From IMG/VR virus record IMGVR_UViG_3300047157_000197, positions 211,971-275,970 of that record: 64,000 bases of DNA; one strand, written 5' to 3'. The translations under genes and the position numbers were made by a program. The number at the start of each line of letters is the position of its first letter. Position 1 is the stretch's first letter. This document shows, in pieces, positions 62,680-64,000 of the stretch. The notes below the pieces were generated by a model that was given only the letters and a program-made list of their open reading frames with translations, ran no database searches and was not told the origin of the DNA.

Positions 62680-62688
62680 TGAGATTTA

Positions 62689-62720
62689 TTTGTTTATTTA
62701 AAAAAATTGTCGTATCTTTA
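62689..62720 (+). promoter_or_regulatory. Bacteroidota sigma70-type promoter
   Basis: TTTG-N20-TATCTTTA. Confidence 0.6.
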
Positions 62721-62819
62721 GGGTGGTTGTGGGTGGGAGTGTACACATCAGTATATAGGGGTCACCAGCGGCACTGGAGTACTGGAGTGGAAAATAAATT
62801 AAAAATAAGTCCTAAATTG

Positions 62820-62851
62820 TTTGGTAGTCTCAGTTATTTTTCGTATATTAG
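62820..62851 (+). promoter_or_regulatory. Bacteroidota sigma70-type promoter
   Basis: TTTG-N20-TATATTAG. Confidence 0.65.
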
Positions 62852-62860
62852 TCATGTAAT

Positions 62861-63079
62861 ATGACTGATATGAGAGATATAAAGAAATTAGTTCCCTATA
62901 TAGGGTTAGGTGTAGTGATTGCCATTATACTGTTGTTGGTACCGATGATTATTCGAGGTTTTTTCGCGATATTGTTACTTTTGATGAAAAATCCACTTGA
63001 ATTCCTTATTGGAACCACGATTTTGCTCCTGTGTATGTATATAGGGGAGAAGATAATAAATAAACCATTAAATAAATAA
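62861..63079 (+). CDS. small membrane protein
   Basis: Mostly hydrophobic; promoter upstream. Confidence 0.6.
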   Translation: MTDMRDIKKLVPYIGLGVVIAIILLLVPMIIRGFFAILLLLMKNPLEFLIGTTILLLCMYIGEKIINKPLNK

Positions 63080-63082
63080 AAC

Positions 63083-63415
63083 ATGAGAAACATTACCAAA
63101 ATCCTCGACAGAAGTCAGAGGTTATTCCTAGCTGGGAATATGAAAAAGAGTTATTCTATCGCGATTGATGGGATTACCGAACTATCCCAAGTAAACAGAA
63201 GATTAAACGAAGAAACCCAAGGTTGGGATTTAAAGAAAGCGTACGATTACAAGGGTACTTACAAGATTCAAGGTAAAACTCTTACCAATTGGATGGAGAA
63301 ATTATGGACAATAGTTGAAAATACTGGAGTTGAACCGATTGTAGAGGAGTATGAAACTGATATGATTCAGTACAGTATAGATAATACACAGACGTTAGTA
63401 AAGAATAGAAAATAA
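63083..63415 (+). CDS. hypothetical protein
   Basis: ORF track. Confidence 0.65.
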   Translation: MRNITKILDRSQRLFLAGNMKKSYSIAIDGITELSQVNRRLNEETQGWDLKKAYDYKGTYKIQGKTLTNWMEKLWTIVENTGVEPIVEEYETDMIQYSIDNTQTLVKNRK

Positions 63416-63426
63416 TTCTAATTTTA

Positions 63427-63458
63427 TTAGGATATATCAAATAAATTTTGTATATTAG
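63427..63458 (+). promoter_or_regulatory. Bacteroidota sigma70-type promoter
   Basis: TTAG-N20-TATATTAG; no ORF follows. Confidence 0.7.
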
Positions 63459-63464
63459 CCCCTG

Positions 63465-63828
63465 TAGTTGAGGTTGATGATTGAGAATATAGGGTTTGAT
63501 TCCCTCTCTAGTTAATCTCTAAAGACCTCCTCTTAATAGAATTAGAGGCCGTCAGTAGTGTTGGGAGATACACCTACTATAAAAACTGAATCTCTTTTAA
63601 AGAAATGTGAGCTGTTGGTGGTATTTTCTCACTCTAAACAACGAACCACCACATATAACGATGATGAGTCACAGGCGATGAAATGATACTACGCTCGGAA
63701 TCGAATTTCATCCACAGATTAGGGGTTTTCTGTGGAGATTAATAGGAGCCAACTCAACTCTCTCCTATCCTAAGTGTTCAATCTGAACCACCCACTAAGT
63801 TATGGCTTCCTTCTTAGTGGGTTTTTTT
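63465..63828 (+). ncRNA. candidate structured non-coding RNA of unknown family
   Basis: Promoter- and terminator-bounded, no ORF, many complementary segments including 5'/3' long-range pairing. Confidence 0.6.
63790..63828 (+). terminator. intrinsic terminator
   Basis: ACCCACTAAG...CTTAGTGGGT followed by a T-run. Confidence 0.8.
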
Positions 63829-63887
63829 ATTCCCTATACTCTGGAGCGGGAACATGACATAATGTCAGATGCTGCTCCTGTACCTAT

Positions 63888-63907
63888 TGTTAATAACTTG
63901 TTAATAA
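63888..63907. repeat. tandem TGTTAATAA (DnaA-box-like TTATTAACA on the minus strand)
   Basis: 63888-63896 and 63899-63907. Confidence 0.45.
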
Positions 63908-63932
63908 CTTTTTTAAAATAAACCTCTTTTTA

Positions 63933-63964
63933 TTAGGTTTTTACAAAAAATAGTCGTATATTAC
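63933..63964 (+). promoter_or_regulatory. Bacteroidota sigma70-type promoter
   Basis: TTAG-N20-TATATTAC. Confidence 0.65.
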
Positions 63965-64000
63965 ATATGTAATAAGTAATAATCCTTAAAACTAAAAAAT

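Noticed and set aside
63661-63712. Hammerhead ribozyme-like core ATGATGAG-TC...GA-TGAAA
   Set aside because: A instead of the conserved C in CUGANGA, weak stem II, no convincing stem I, and a competing GATGAAAT/ATTTCATC helix
63465-63790. tmRNA, RNase P RNA or tRNA identity for the structured RNA
   Set aside because: No tRNA-like ends or T-loop, no alanine-ending tag frame, no GAGGAAAGUCC motif

Overview
AT-rich, gene-dense window with essentially every real gene on the + strand. It reads as part of a large (jumbo/huge) tailed-phage genome infecting Bacteroidota. Support: no core housekeeping genes, many small hypothetical ORFs, GroEL without GroES, a MoxR-AAA/vWA pair, an amidase with holin-like neighbours, a DUF4494-like gene, and 13 Bacteroidota-type -33/-7 promoters with an invariant 20-nt spacer. 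No capsid, portal or terminase gene is in the window, so the phage call is an inference. Blocks: (1) 1-8.1 kb nucleotide-sugar and glycosyltransferase operon. (2) 8.3-17.3 kb operon of Sec-exported proteins: two CsgG-like proteins, two cohesin/dockerin-like proteins each followed by a small T9SS-CTD-like lipoprotein, and an SD/acidic-stalk beta-barrel protein. This is the best candidate for an undescribed phage-encoded envelope display system. (3) 17.4-25.2 kb late-type genes with a shared MIKLKxIL-E leader and DNA-identical ESVNE linkers, plus lysis genes. (4) 25.2-30.7 kb sulfation/amidination/oxidation tailoring enzymes. (5) 31-51 kb accessory genes: ferredoxin, vWA/MoxR, two modular DNA methyltransferases, GroEL, APRT, MTAN, FNR, HldE-like kinase. 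(6) 51-61.6 kb array of SGNH-like paralogs. (7) 61.8-64 kb largely non-coding region with palindromic operators, a C-rich strand and a promoter/terminator-bounded structured ncRNA candidate of about 300-360 nt. Five genes are broken by single-base indels that look like sequencing errors. All family assignments come from motif recognition by eye; no database search was run.
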